A stretch of 32,000 nucleotides of DNA from an uncultured Oscillospiraceae bacterium (GTDB taxonomy: Bacteria > Bacillota > Clostridia > Oscillospirales > Oscillospiraceae). Within the stretch, counting starts at the first letter, position 1. Each line of letters opens with the position of its first letter. A program made the position numbers and the translations under genes. The notes beneath the pieces are model-generated. The model did no database searches and was not told the DNA's origin. It saw only the letters and a program-made list of their open reading frames with translations. The stretch lies in contig CAKTGM010000018.1 in the NCBI GenBank assembly GCA_934561515.1, forward strand, positions 1-32,000. The letters run 5' to 3'. Below, in pieces: positions 1 through 7,701 of this stretch.

Positions 1-261
1 TGCACAGTTTTTCATCTGGTGCTTGTCAAAGTTTCGTTGTTTAATTTACAAGGTGCACGCTCCGTTTCGCGGAACAGTATGTTATTATACACGCATTAAG
101 CGAAATGTCAAGCGTATTTTATCATTTTTTCTTCCTTTGTCTTATTTTTCAATTGCAGTCTCGAATCAGCCCCTCCGCTTGTGCATCTCACCCACAAATT
201 GTCCGCATTTACCTTATTTTGTAATGTGTCGCCGCTGCGAACACCAAATGTGGCCCTTTCG

Positions 262-300
262 AAAAGGGGCCTCGATTTTGCAAAATCGAGGCCCCTTTTT
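262..300. terminator. Bidirectional rho-independent terminator hairpin just past the vWA gene stop
   Basis: Inverted repeat AAAAGGGGCCTCGATTTT / AAAATCGAGGCCCCTTTT. It has an A-run on one flank and a T-run on the other, and ends 5 nt before the stop codon at 305. Confidence 0.7.
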
Positions 301-304
301 CTCT

Positions 305-2038
305 TCACAGCGACAGCAGCAGCTCGCTCAGCTTGCGTCCCGCGCTGCCCGCAAAGTCCTCCGCGCGGCGGATGCGCAGAAATGACGCGCCGTAGATCAT
401 ACGCTCATTTTCAAGTTCCCCATCCTCGCCGAGGAAAATACCGAGCACGTGCACACCCTCGCGCCGCAGCTTTCGCACCTGAAAGCAGGTGTCTCGGATG
501 GCGGCGTCGCCAACATAGCGCTCCGGCATACCGCTGCGCTTGCGGCCGCTGATCATATCGTTCGGCAGGCCGTCGCTGAAAACGATGGCCACCTTGTGCT
601 CCTCGCGCCGTTTTTTGATGTCGAGCCCCGCCGCGGCCAGCGCAAGGCCATCGCGGTTGTTGGAGGTCGCGCGATACTCGAGGATACGGCGGTCCGCCTC
701 GGGACGGTCGTCATAATCGCGAAAGCGCCGCAGCACCGTGTGGTCGCCGTAGGTGCAGTAGCTCATCACGCGGTGCGGGATGCCGATACCGCTCAGCGCG
801 CTGCTGAAAAGGTAGCTTTGCAGCGCCACCATTCCCTGCCGCACGGACTGCGAGCCGCTCGCGTCGATAAGAAGCTCCACAACAACGCTCGACTCATCCT
901 GCCGCACGATCTTTTCAAACAGCAGCGGAAACTCACAGCGTCCGACCCTCCACAGCGCCGCATTGTCGAGCGTGCCGTGGTCGGCGCGGTAGATCTCCGG
1001 CTCGCTGCGCAGGCTTAGCGCGTTGCGGAAGGCCTGCTCGATGCTGCGCCTGCCCTGCCGCGCCGCGTCCTCGTGCGTGCGCAGCATTTCAAGATTCTTC
1101 TCGTAGCTCGCGCGCAGCGACCGGGCGCGCGGGTCTGCGCCCTCGTAGGCCTCCCGCGCCAGCCCGTCGGTAAAGAGAAGCTTTCTCTCCTCGTGGATGC
1201 CGGTGCAGACGGTGCGCTCGATCTCGCGCATCGCCTGCTCGGTGCGAAAGCTCGGGCCAAAGTTGCGCTGCAAATATTCCGGCACCGACGCGAGCGCATC
1301 CTCCGGCAGCGTAAGGCCGTCTGCCGAGGCCGCACCCGCGCTTTCATATTTGAGCTCCTGCTCCTCGGTCTGCGTCCATTCGATCTCGCCCGGTTCGGCA
1401 AGCTCCTGCGCCTCGTCCGTCTCCCGCTCGGGAAAAATATCCTGGTCGTGGCCGGGCGCGAAGTAGCGCGTCAGGATCTTGCGGTATAAAAACGCCGCAA
1501 GATCGACCAGCGCGCGGGCATCGGCGCAGGTTTCGCTGCGCCCTGAGATCTCTTCGAACAGGTCGAGCATCTCGTCAAAGCCGGTAAAATTTTGCAGCAG
1601 GCGGCGATCCTCGGCCGTTTCCACGCCGGGGAACCTCTTTGCAAGGTCATAAATATAGAGCCAGCCGCGCGAGCTGCGGCGGTATTGCAGCAGATCGCCG
1701 CGCAGGATCTCCCCCGCCGCCTGCCGTGCCATCGCGAAAACGCCGGGGCGCTCCGCCATAAGGTCGGCGCGCACTGCGCGCTCAAGGCACAGGTGCGCGG
1801 CGGGCAGCAGCACGTCCATATCATAGGCGGCGTAGCGATAGCGGCGCAGCCACAAATTGAGTTCATCCAGCCCGAAGCGCTTGTCCGCTCCGCCGAGCAG
1901 CACGCCCTCGTAGGCCGCGACCATACCGCCCGCGCGCGAAAAGGGCGCGCTCATGCGCTGCACATATTCAGGATAGGCCCGCTGCCTGTGATCCTCGGAA
2001 ACGGTCAGAAACAGGCTCTCTTCTCTGCCAATGCTCAC
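305..2038 (-). CDS. vWA-domain protein, NorD/CobT-like partner of the adjacent AAA+ ATPase
   Basis: 577-aa ORF with a GTG start 7 nt after GGGGA. The C-terminal vWA fold carries the MIDAS motif LLIDASGSQ. It lies 12 nt downstream of the MoxR-type ATPase. The roughly 380-aa N-terminal region is unassigned. Confidence 0.8.
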   Translation of the reverse strand: MSIGREESLFLTVSEDHRQRAYPEYVQRMSAPFSRAGGMVAAYEGVLLGGADKRFGLDELNLWLRRYRYAAYDMDVLLPAAHLCLERAVRADLMAERPGVFAMARQAAGEILRGDLLQYRRSSRGWLYIYDLAKRFPGVETAEDRRLLQNFTGFDEMLDLFEEISGRSETCADARALVDLAAFLYRKILTRYFAPGHDQDIFPERETDEAQELAEPGEIEWTQTEEQELKYESAGAASADGLTLPEDALASVPEYLQRNFGPSFRTEQAMREIERTVCTGIHEERKLLFTDGLAREAYEGADPRARSLRASYEKNLEMLRTHEDAARQGRRSIEQAFRNALSLRSEPEIYRADHGTLDNAALWRVGRCEFPLLFEKIVRQDESSVVVELLIDASGSQSVRQGMVALQSYLFSSALSGIGIPHRVMSYCTYGDHTVLRRFRDYDDRPEADRRILEYRATSNNRDGLALAAAGLDIKKRREEHKVAIVFSDGLPNDMISGRKRSGMPERYVGDAAIRDTCFQVRKLRREGVHVLGIFLGEDGELENERMIYGASFLRIRRAEDFAGSAGRKLSELLLSL

Positions 2039-2050
2039 ACTCTCGTCCCC

Positions 2051-2908
2051 TTACTGCGCAAAGCGCGTCATCGCCACGTCGCGCACGAGCGCATATTCGT
2101 ACTCGTCAAAGCACTTGTTCGTGATGTTCACGGCGATGGCCTCACTCGGCGCCATGCCGTCGGTCATCAATCGCAGCGCCGCGATCATGCCGCGAAGATC
2201 GACGGAGTTGGTCGAGATCTCGCCATTCACGGCTTTCGCGTTCAGATCGAGGAACAGCCCCACGCAGCGACGGATGTTCTCCTGCGCCGCCCCGGGCACA
2301 TCGGCGCGCAGCAGCTCGCAAAGCTGCGCTTCGTCGAGCGTCGGCATCCGAATGACCGTGAAGCGCGAGACGAGCGCCTCGTTGAGCTCGCGCGTGCCGG
2401 CGTAGCCGTAGTTCATCGTTGCGATGAAGCGCGTCGCCGGGTGCAGCGGGATGCACTCATAGCCCGGCACGTCGATGAGGCGGCGGTAGTCCAGCACCGA
2501 ATGAAGCACTGCGACCGCATCGTTTTTCGCCATGTTGATCTCATCGAGCACGCAGAAGCCGCCGTACTGCGCCGCAAGCACGATGGGGCCGCGGCGCAGC
2601 CGCACCTCACCGCCGGTGAAGGTGTCGGTGCCGATGAGCATACTGCTGTCGGTGTTCACATGGAACGAGGCGGTGAACACCGGGCGCGCGAAGAGCCATG
2701 CAAGGTTGTCCGCAAGAACGTTCTTGCCCGTCGCCTTTCCGCCTGCGAGCAGGAGATTCTCCCCCTGCAGCAGCGCGGCGACCGCCGTATCGAGCACCTC
2801 TTCGCCGATAAACTTCACCATCGGGCGCACAACGCGTCCCTGCGCGGCCGCATCCACGCTCCACTCCTCTTTGAACCGCTCCAGCCGGAGCGCAAGGTCT
2901 TCTCTCAT
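2051..2908 (-). CDS. AAA+ ATPase, MoxR family (CbbQ/NirQ/NorQ-like)
   Basis: 285 aa. Walker A is GGKATGKN and Walker B is FCVLDEIN. Length and layout are typical of CbbQ/NorQ. A GGAGA RBS precedes the ATG. Confidence 0.85.
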   Translation of the reverse strand: MREDLALRLERFKEEWSVDAAAQGRVVRPMVKFIGEEVLDTAVAALLQGENLLLAGGKATGKNVLADNLAWLFARPVFTASFHVNTDSSMLIGTDTFTGGEVRLRRGPIVLAAQYGGFCVLDEINMAKNDAVAVLHSVLDYRRLIDVPGYECIPLHPATRFIATMNYGYAGTRELNEALVSRFTVIRMPTLDEAQLCELLRADVPGAAQENIRRCVGLFLDLNAKAVNGEISTNSVDLRGMIAALRLMTDGMAPSEAIAVNITNKCFDEYEYALVRDVAMTRFAQ

Positions 2909-3018
2909 GATATATATTCTCCTTCTGCTGTGGGCCGCCGTGCGCGGCCTATCTATCGGAAAAAAATTATAGCCCCGGCGGGAGAAAAAGTCAATTTCCC
3001 GCCGCCTTCAGCGCGCGA

Positions 3019-3047
3019 TTGCATTTTCTCTCATCTTAGTATAGAAT
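3019..3047 (+). promoter_or_regulatory. Candidate sigma-A promoter for the PAP2 gene
   Basis: TTGCAT, 17 nt spacer, TAGAAT. It lies about 30 nt upstream of the GGAGG RBS of the PAP2 gene. Confidence 0.4.
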
Positions 3048-3078
3048 GAGGCAGTATTTCGATTTCAAAAGGAGGCAA

Positions 3079-3609
3079 ATGCTTATGGCACTTGACTGGG
3101 GCATTCTGCACTGGATACAAACCTATCTTGCCTGTTCCGCTCTGGACGCGATCATGCCGCGCCTTACGCTGCTCGGCGACATTGGCTTTATCTGGATTTT
3201 CACAGGCGTGGTGCTGCTGTGCACGAAAAAGCACCGCCGCACCGGCATTTTGCTGCTGCTGGGGCTTTTGTGCGGCGCGCTGGTCGGCAACGTCGTGCTC
3301 AAAAACCTCGTTGCGCGCCCGCGCCCCTGCTGGCTCGACGAGAGCGTGCAGCTGCTCATTGCAGCGCCCAAAGACTTTTCCTTTCCCTCGGGGCATACGC
3401 TCTCTTCCACCATCGGCGCAACGATCTTAACGCGTGCAGACCGCCGCTTCGGTTATGCGGCCATCCCGCTCGCCGTGCTGCTCGCCTTCTCCCGCCTTTA
3501 TTTATATGTGCACTTCCCGAGCGATGTGTTCGCCGGCGCGGTGCTGGGGCTTGTGATCGGTGAGCTCGTCTCCCGCTACGGCCCAAAGCTCTTTCAGAAG
3601 CGCGGATAA
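3079..3609 (+). CDS. PAP2-family membrane phosphatase (undecaprenyl-diphosphatase / PgpB-BcrC-like)
   Basis: All three PAP2 motifs are present: KNLVARPRP, PSGH and SRLYLYVHFPSD. The start was moved to the ATG at 3079 because AAGGAGG sits 4 nt upstream. The track ORF starts at 3046 with no RBS. Confidence 0.85.
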   Translation: MLMALDWGILHWIQTYLACSALDAIMPRLTLLGDIGFIWIFTGVVLLCTKKHRRTGILLLLGLLCGALVGNVVLKNLVARPRPCWLDESVQLLIAAPKDFSFPSGHTLSSTIGATILTRADRRFGYAAIPLAVLLAFSRLYLYVHFPSDVFAGAVLGLVIGELVSRYGPKLFQKRG

Positions 3610-3744
3610 CGGCGCAAACTCCGCCGCACAGGTCGGCTTTCCAAATATTTCTAAATAAAATTATAGGGATTTTAAGACGCCGTTCATATCCTGTTCATTT
3701 TCCCTGTGTAGTCTAAGCGCCGGTACAAGAGAAAGGGTGATGAT

Positions 3745-3897
3745 TTGAACAAAACATTTGGCAAGAAGACCGGGGTGCAGGTTCTTTTTCTGCTGCTCGG
3801 TCTCGCGTTTCTCGTCTGCGGTGTGATGCGCGGCGAGGCGGACACGGTGCTGAACAAGGCGATCAAGCTATGTCTGGAGTGTGTGGGCATTGGATAA
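3745..3897 (+). CDS. Small (50 aa) single-TM CXXC peptide, resembling the CD1871A-type CXXC family by recall
   Basis: Hand-translated because it is below the ORF-track cutoff. A TTG start follows GAAAGGG. The product is MNKTFGKKTGVQVLFLLLGLAFLVCGVMRGEADTVLNKAIKLCLECVGIG, with one hydrophobic helix and a C-terminal CLEC. The stop at 3895-3897 overlaps the start region of the next gene. Confidence 0.6.
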   Translation: MNKTFGKKTGVQVLFLLLGLAFLVCGVMRGEADTVLNKAIKLCLECVGIG

Positions 3898-4810
3898 GAA
3901 AAAACCGTTTTCCTTTCTGCTCGCCCGCTGGCGCGGACTGGTCCAGGCCTGCGCCGCTCTGCTGACGAATCTGCACCTGCCGAACTTCCTCAAGGGTACG
4001 CTCTATCGCGGCGCGGGCAAGACTGTCTGCGTGCCGGGGCTGAACTGCTATTCCTGCCCGGGTGCGGCGGGCGCGTGCCCCATCGGCTCGTTTCAGGCCG
4101 TTGTCGGCTCGTCCAAATTCAGCTTTTCCTATTACATCACCGGTATCCTCATCCTGCTCGGCGTGCTGCTGGGCCGCTTCATCTGCGGCTTCCTCTGCCC
4201 GTTCGGCTGGTTTCAGGAGCTGCTGCACAAGATCCCGACCAAAAAGCTCTCCACCAAGCGCCTAAAGCCGCTGACCTACCTCAAATACGTCATCTTGGTG
4301 GTGATGGTCTTCCTGCTCCCAGTGCTTGTGGTGAATGAAGCGGGCATGGGCGACCCGTTCTTCTGCAAATATCTCTGCCCGCAGGGCGTGCTCGAAGGCG
4401 CCATACCGCTCTCGCTTGTCAACAGCAGCATCCGTGCCGCACTTGGCAAGCTCTTCTCGTGGAAGCTCCGCGTGCTCGCAGCGGTCATCGTGCTGAGCGT
4501 CGTCTTCTACCGTCCGTTCTGCAAGTGGCTCTGCCCGCTCGGCGCGTTCTATGCGCTCTTCAACCGCGTGTCGCTGCTGTCGATGCACGTTGACGAAAAC
4601 AAATGCGTCTCCTGCGGCAAGTGCGCAAGGACCTGTCCCATGGACGTGGATGTGACCAAAACGCCCAACCATACCGAGTGCATCCGCTGCGGCAAATGCG
4701 TGACCGTCTGCCCGACGGAGGCCGTCCGCTTCCGCTATGCCTTCGGCAGCGGCGGAGCGTGTTCCAAATTAACTCAAAAACCGATCATCGATGAAAACAA
4801 AGGAGAATAA
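3881..4810 (+). CDS. Integral-membrane 4Fe-4S polyferredoxin, NapH/MauN-like
   Basis: Repeated CX3CP motifs (CGFLCPFG, CKYLCPQG, CKWLCPLG) and an N-terminal CYSCPGAAGACP. Two C-terminal ferredoxin motifs are present, CVSCGKCARTCP and CIRCGKCVTVCP, along with several hydrophobic helices. The start is uncertain: GTG 3881 or TTG 3890. Confidence 0.85.
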   Translation: MWALDKKKPFSFLLARWRGLVQACAALLTNLHLPNFLKGTLYRGAGKTVCVPGLNCYSCPGAAGACPIGSFQAVVGSSKFSFSYYITGILILLGVLLGRFICGFLCPFGWFQELLHKIPTKKLSTKRLKPLTYLKYVILVVMVFLLPVLVVNEAGMGDPFFCKYLCPQGVLEGAIPLSLVNSSIRAALGKLFSWKLRVLAAVIVLSVVFYRPFCKWLCPLGAFYALFNRVSLLSMHVDENKCVSCGKCARTCPMDVDVTKTPNHTECIRCGKCVTVCPTEAVRFRYAFGSGGACSKLTQKPIIDENKGE

Positions 4811-4813
4811 ACC

Positions 4814-5716
4814 ATGAATTTTAAGAAGATTATGACGCTGCTGCTCGCCTTTGCGCTGACGCTTTCCCTCGCTGCCTGCGGCAGCAAGGGCGACAGCAAG
4901 AGCGACGGCGACACGCAGGGCGCGACCGCCGAGGAAATTTACGCCCAGATCCAGGAGCTCGCCGACAAGGAAAACGCCATCATGGAAGACAACCTTGAGC
5001 TGTGGCAGAAGCTCTTCGCCGCCATGAACGAAAAGCGCGATGAGATCCCCGATGAATCGAACTACGGCGCTTACCTGCTCGCCGCCCTCGATCTTGTGAA
5101 GGACAAGTTCACCGAGGACGAGCTCAAGACGCTGACGGAAGGCTCTGAGCAGATTCGTGACCTTGAAGATCAGATCCAGCCCCTGCAGGAACAGTACGCC
5201 GCCCTCCAGCCCGCGGGCGACGGTGAAGACGGCGGCATGAACGATGCCGTCCCGGCCTTCCCCGCCTTCACCGGCAAGGACCTTGACGGCAACGACGTGG
5301 ACAGCAGTCTCTTCTCCCAGAACGCCGTGACGGTCGTGAACTTCTGGTTCAGCGGCTGCAAGCCCTGCGTGGCGGAGCTCGGCGAGCTGAACGCTCTCAA
5401 CGAGACGCTCAAAAAGCAGGGCGGCGCGGTCATCGGCGTCAATGTTGATACGCTCGACGGCAACGCCGATGCGATCAGCGCGGCAAAGAACCTGCTTGAA
5501 TCCAAGGGCGCAAGCTACCAGAACATCTACTTCCCCTCCGACAGCGCAGCCGGCGACTTCGCAGGCGACATCATGGCCTTCCCCACCACCTATGTCATCG
5601 ACCGCAGCGGCGCCATCGTCGGCGAGGCGATGCTCGGCGGCATCGACAATGAAGACAACATGGCAGCGCTCCAGAAGCTGATCGACCAGGCTCTCGCAAA
5701 CGACAGCGCAAACTAA
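4814..5716 (+). CDS. Lipoprotein with a C-terminal TlpA/ResA-type thioredoxin domain (thiol-disulfide oxidoreductase)
   Basis: Lipobox LSLAAC|GS and thioredoxin active site WFSGCKPC. A GGAG RBS is present. The gene starts 3 nt after the preceding stop. An acidic helical region of about 130 aa lies between the lipobox and the Trx fold. Confidence 0.85.
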   Translation: MNFKKIMTLLLAFALTLSLAACGSKGDSKSDGDTQGATAEEIYAQIQELADKENAIMEDNLELWQKLFAAMNEKRDEIPDESNYGAYLLAALDLVKDKFTEDELKTLTEGSEQIRDLEDQIQPLQEQYAALQPAGDGEDGGMNDAVPAFPAFTGKDLDGNDVDSSLFSQNAVTVVNFWFSGCKPCVAELGELNALNETLKKQGGAVIGVNVDTLDGNADAISAAKNLLESKGASYQNIYFPSDSAAGDFAGDIMAFPTTYVIDRSGAIVGEAMLGGIDNEDNMAALQKLIDQALANDSAN

Positions 5717-5738
5717 GTCTCCTCTCTCACAATATAGC

Positions 5739-5784
5739 AAGAGCGGCCCGCCCTGTGAGGAATCATAGGGCGGGCCGCTCTTTT
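5739..5784 (+). terminator. Rho-independent terminator of the CXXC/polyferredoxin/TlpA operon
   Basis: 16-bp perfect stem AAGAGCGGCCCGCCCT / AGGGCGGGCCGCTCTT followed by TT(TT)CC, about 20 nt after the stop. Confidence 0.7.
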
Positions 5785-5815
5785 CCCGTCTGTCTTCGCT
5801 TTCCGCCGCGCGCAG

Positions 5816-5856
5816 AAACGCCCGCCTTCCTGAGTGGAAGGCGGGCGGGCGTTTTT
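5816..5856 (-). terminator. Terminator hairpin for the SulP gene
   Basis: GC-rich stem AAACGCCCGCCTTCC / GGAAGGCGGGCG(GG)CGTTT overlapping the SulP stop codon. On the minus strand it is followed by TTTCTG. Confidence 0.55.
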
Positions 5857-7498
5857 ATTCTGCAATCTCCATATCCAGAAGGTCGAGGATGGCGCGGTCG
5901 GCGCTCCAGAAATAGGCGTCCTCGCCCAGAACCTCCGTGATGCCGGCGCGGTCAAAATACTTACGCACGGCCTCGCTCATGCCGCAGCAGGCGACCGTCT
6001 TGCCCTGACTCTTGAGCGCCTCACACAGCTCAAGCATCGCCTGCGCGCCCGAGACGTCAATGCTCGGCATACCGCGCATCGACAAAATGACATGGTCGTA
6101 GCAGGGCATTTCCGCCATGCGGCGGTTGAACTCATCCACCGCGCCGAAGAAGAGCGCGCCCGTGACATACGCCACGCCCGCTGTTTCAAGGATGGGGGGC
6201 TTGCCCTCCACCGAGCGCAGCTTGTTCGCGTCGATGTCGGAGAAGTTCACGTGGATGTGGCTCGACTTGGCCATGTACAAAATGGCGGAGTAGACCACGC
6301 CGAGCAGGATCGCCACCGTCAGGTCGAAGATGACCGTCGCGAGCATCGTGATCACAAACTGGCTGATGCCGGACTTGAACCTGTGGCGGAAGATGTAGCG
6401 GATGCCCTCCCAGTCGTTCATGCGCCACGCCGTGACCATCAGCACGCCCGCGAGCGCCGAGAGCGGCAGGCGCGCCATCACGCCGCCGAGCAGGAACATC
6501 GAGGCGAGCAGGAACAGGGAATGGAACACGCTCGTAAGTCGCGTCTGCTGGCCGGACTTGACCGCCACGCTCGTGCGCGCGATGGCCGCGGTCGCGGGCA
6601 CGCCGCCGAAGAGCGGCAGCAGGATGTTGCCCACGCCCTGCGCGATCAGCTCCTGATCGGCGTTGAACTCCTCGCCCTTCATGCGCGAGGCCGACGCGCC
6701 GCAAAGCAGGCTCTCGATCATGCCGAGCGCCGCGATCGTCACAACGGGAGAGGCAAGGTCTTCAAGCATCGAAAGGCTCAGGCCGCGAAGGGACAGGCGG
6801 TCGCTGAGGAGCAGCGTCTTCGGGATATCTCCCACCACGGCGAGCTGGTCCATCCCGGCAAGCGCCGCAACGAGCGTTGCGAGGATGATGCCGATGAGCG
6901 AGCCGGGCACGCGCGCGCCCCACTTCTTCGGCCAGAAGACCATCACCGCCACCACAAGGAGGCCGATGAGCACCGCCTGTAGATTGGGCTGGAACCCAAG
7001 GCGGCCGTAGGACGCGAGCTTTTCAAGGTTCGTCCCGCCCTCCGACACCGTGCCGAAGAAATTGTCGATCTGTCCCATCGCGATGATGATGGCAATGCCC
7101 GAGGTAAAGCCCATGATGACCGGCATGGGGATGAAGCTGATGAGGCGGCCGAGCTTGAAAATGCCCGCAAGCAGCAGCAGAACGCCCGCGGCAAAGCAGG
7201 CGAAGAACACGCCCTGCAAGCCATACGTCGCCACGATGCCCACCAGCACCGCGCTCATCGCGCCCGTCGGCCCCGAGATCTGGAACGACGCGCCGCCGAG
7301 CACGGCGATCACCACGCCCGCGATGATGGCCGTGACCAGTCCCGACGCCGCGCTCGCGCCGGACGAAACGCCGAAGGCGAGCGCCAGCGGCAGCGCGACC
7401 GCACAGACCGTCAGCCCCGCCATTATGTCGGCGAGCAGTTTTTTCGTGTTATAGCCCGCAAACTCCCGTTTCAGACTGTCAAAAAACGCAGAAATCAT
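5855..7498 (-). CDS. SulP-family inorganic anion transporter with a C-terminal STAS domain
   Basis: The multi-TM core has the typical SulP N-terminus (LLADIMAGLTVCAVALPLALAFG). The C-terminal STAS-like segment reads VILSMRGMPSIDVSGAQAMLEL. The start was set to the ATG at 7498, preceded by GGAGG. The track's longer N-terminus has no RBS. Confidence 0.9.
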   Translation of the reverse strand: MISAFFDSLKREFAGYNTKKLLADIMAGLTVCAVALPLALAFGVSSGASAASGLVTAIIAGVVIAVLGGASFQISGPTGAMSAVLVGIVATYGLQGVFFACFAAGVLLLLAGIFKLGRLISFIPMPVIMGFTSGIAIIIAMGQIDNFFGTVSEGGTNLEKLASYGRLGFQPNLQAVLIGLLVVAVMVFWPKKWGARVPGSLIGIILATLVAALAGMDQLAVVGDIPKTLLLSDRLSLRGLSLSMLEDLASPVVTIAALGMIESLLCGASASRMKGEEFNADQELIAQGVGNILLPLFGGVPATAAIARTSVAVKSGQQTRLTSVFHSLFLLASMFLLGGVMARLPLSALAGVLMVTAWRMNDWEGIRYIFRHRFKSGISQFVITMLATVIFDLTVAILLGVVYSAILYMAKSSHIHVNFSDIDANKLRSVEGKPPILETAGVAYVTGALFFGAVDEFNRRMAEMPCYDHVILSMRGMPSIDVSGAQAMLELCEALKSQGKTVACCGMSEAVRKYFDRAGITEVLGEDAYFWSADRAILDLLDMEIAE

Positions 7499-7528
7499 AG
7501 CAAATCCTCCAAAAACACATACCTTTAA

Positions 7529-7557
7529 ACTATAGCACGCGCCACGGAGGGGCGCAA
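7529..7557 (-). promoter_or_regulatory. Candidate promoter for the SulP gene
   Basis: On the minus strand: TTGCGC, 17 nt spacer, TATAGT, with TG immediately upstream of the -10 element. Confidence 0.35.
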
Positions 7558-7653
7558 ATGGCAAAAGGGACGTATTTTAACGCACTTTTAACACCATTGC
7601 ATCGCTTTTGCACAAATTGCGCCGTTTTTCCCCATCCCGCCGCCGATTTCGGG

Positions 7654-7696
7654 CAAAAATGGCCTTCCATTCTCCCGCTCAGGAGAACAGAAGGCC
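7654..7696 (-). terminator. Terminator of the marR-degV operon
   Basis: Compound hairpin GGCCTTC-TTCTCC-loop-GGAGAA-GAAGGCC followed on the minus strand by ATTTTTG, 6 nt after the DegV stop. Confidence 0.65.
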
Positions 7697-7701
7697 CGCG
7701 C

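Noticed and set aside
1592-3049. 485-aa plus-strand ORF spanning the vWA and AAA+ genes
   Set aside because: It is an antisense shadow of two well-supported minus-strand genes in high-GC DNA. The product is Arg/Ala/His-rich with no motifs and no RBS.
3684-3890. 68-aa minus-strand ORF
   Set aside because: It is antisense to the better-supported 50-aa CXXC peptide gene, which has an RBS, a TM helix and operon context. The minus ORF has no RBS and is Ser/Pro/Arg/Thr-rich.
5834-6982. 382-aa plus-strand ORF opposite the SulP transporter
   Set aside because: Mirror-frame ORF. It has extreme Arg/His/Asp/Glu/Ala composition, while the opposite strand encodes a clear SulP protein.
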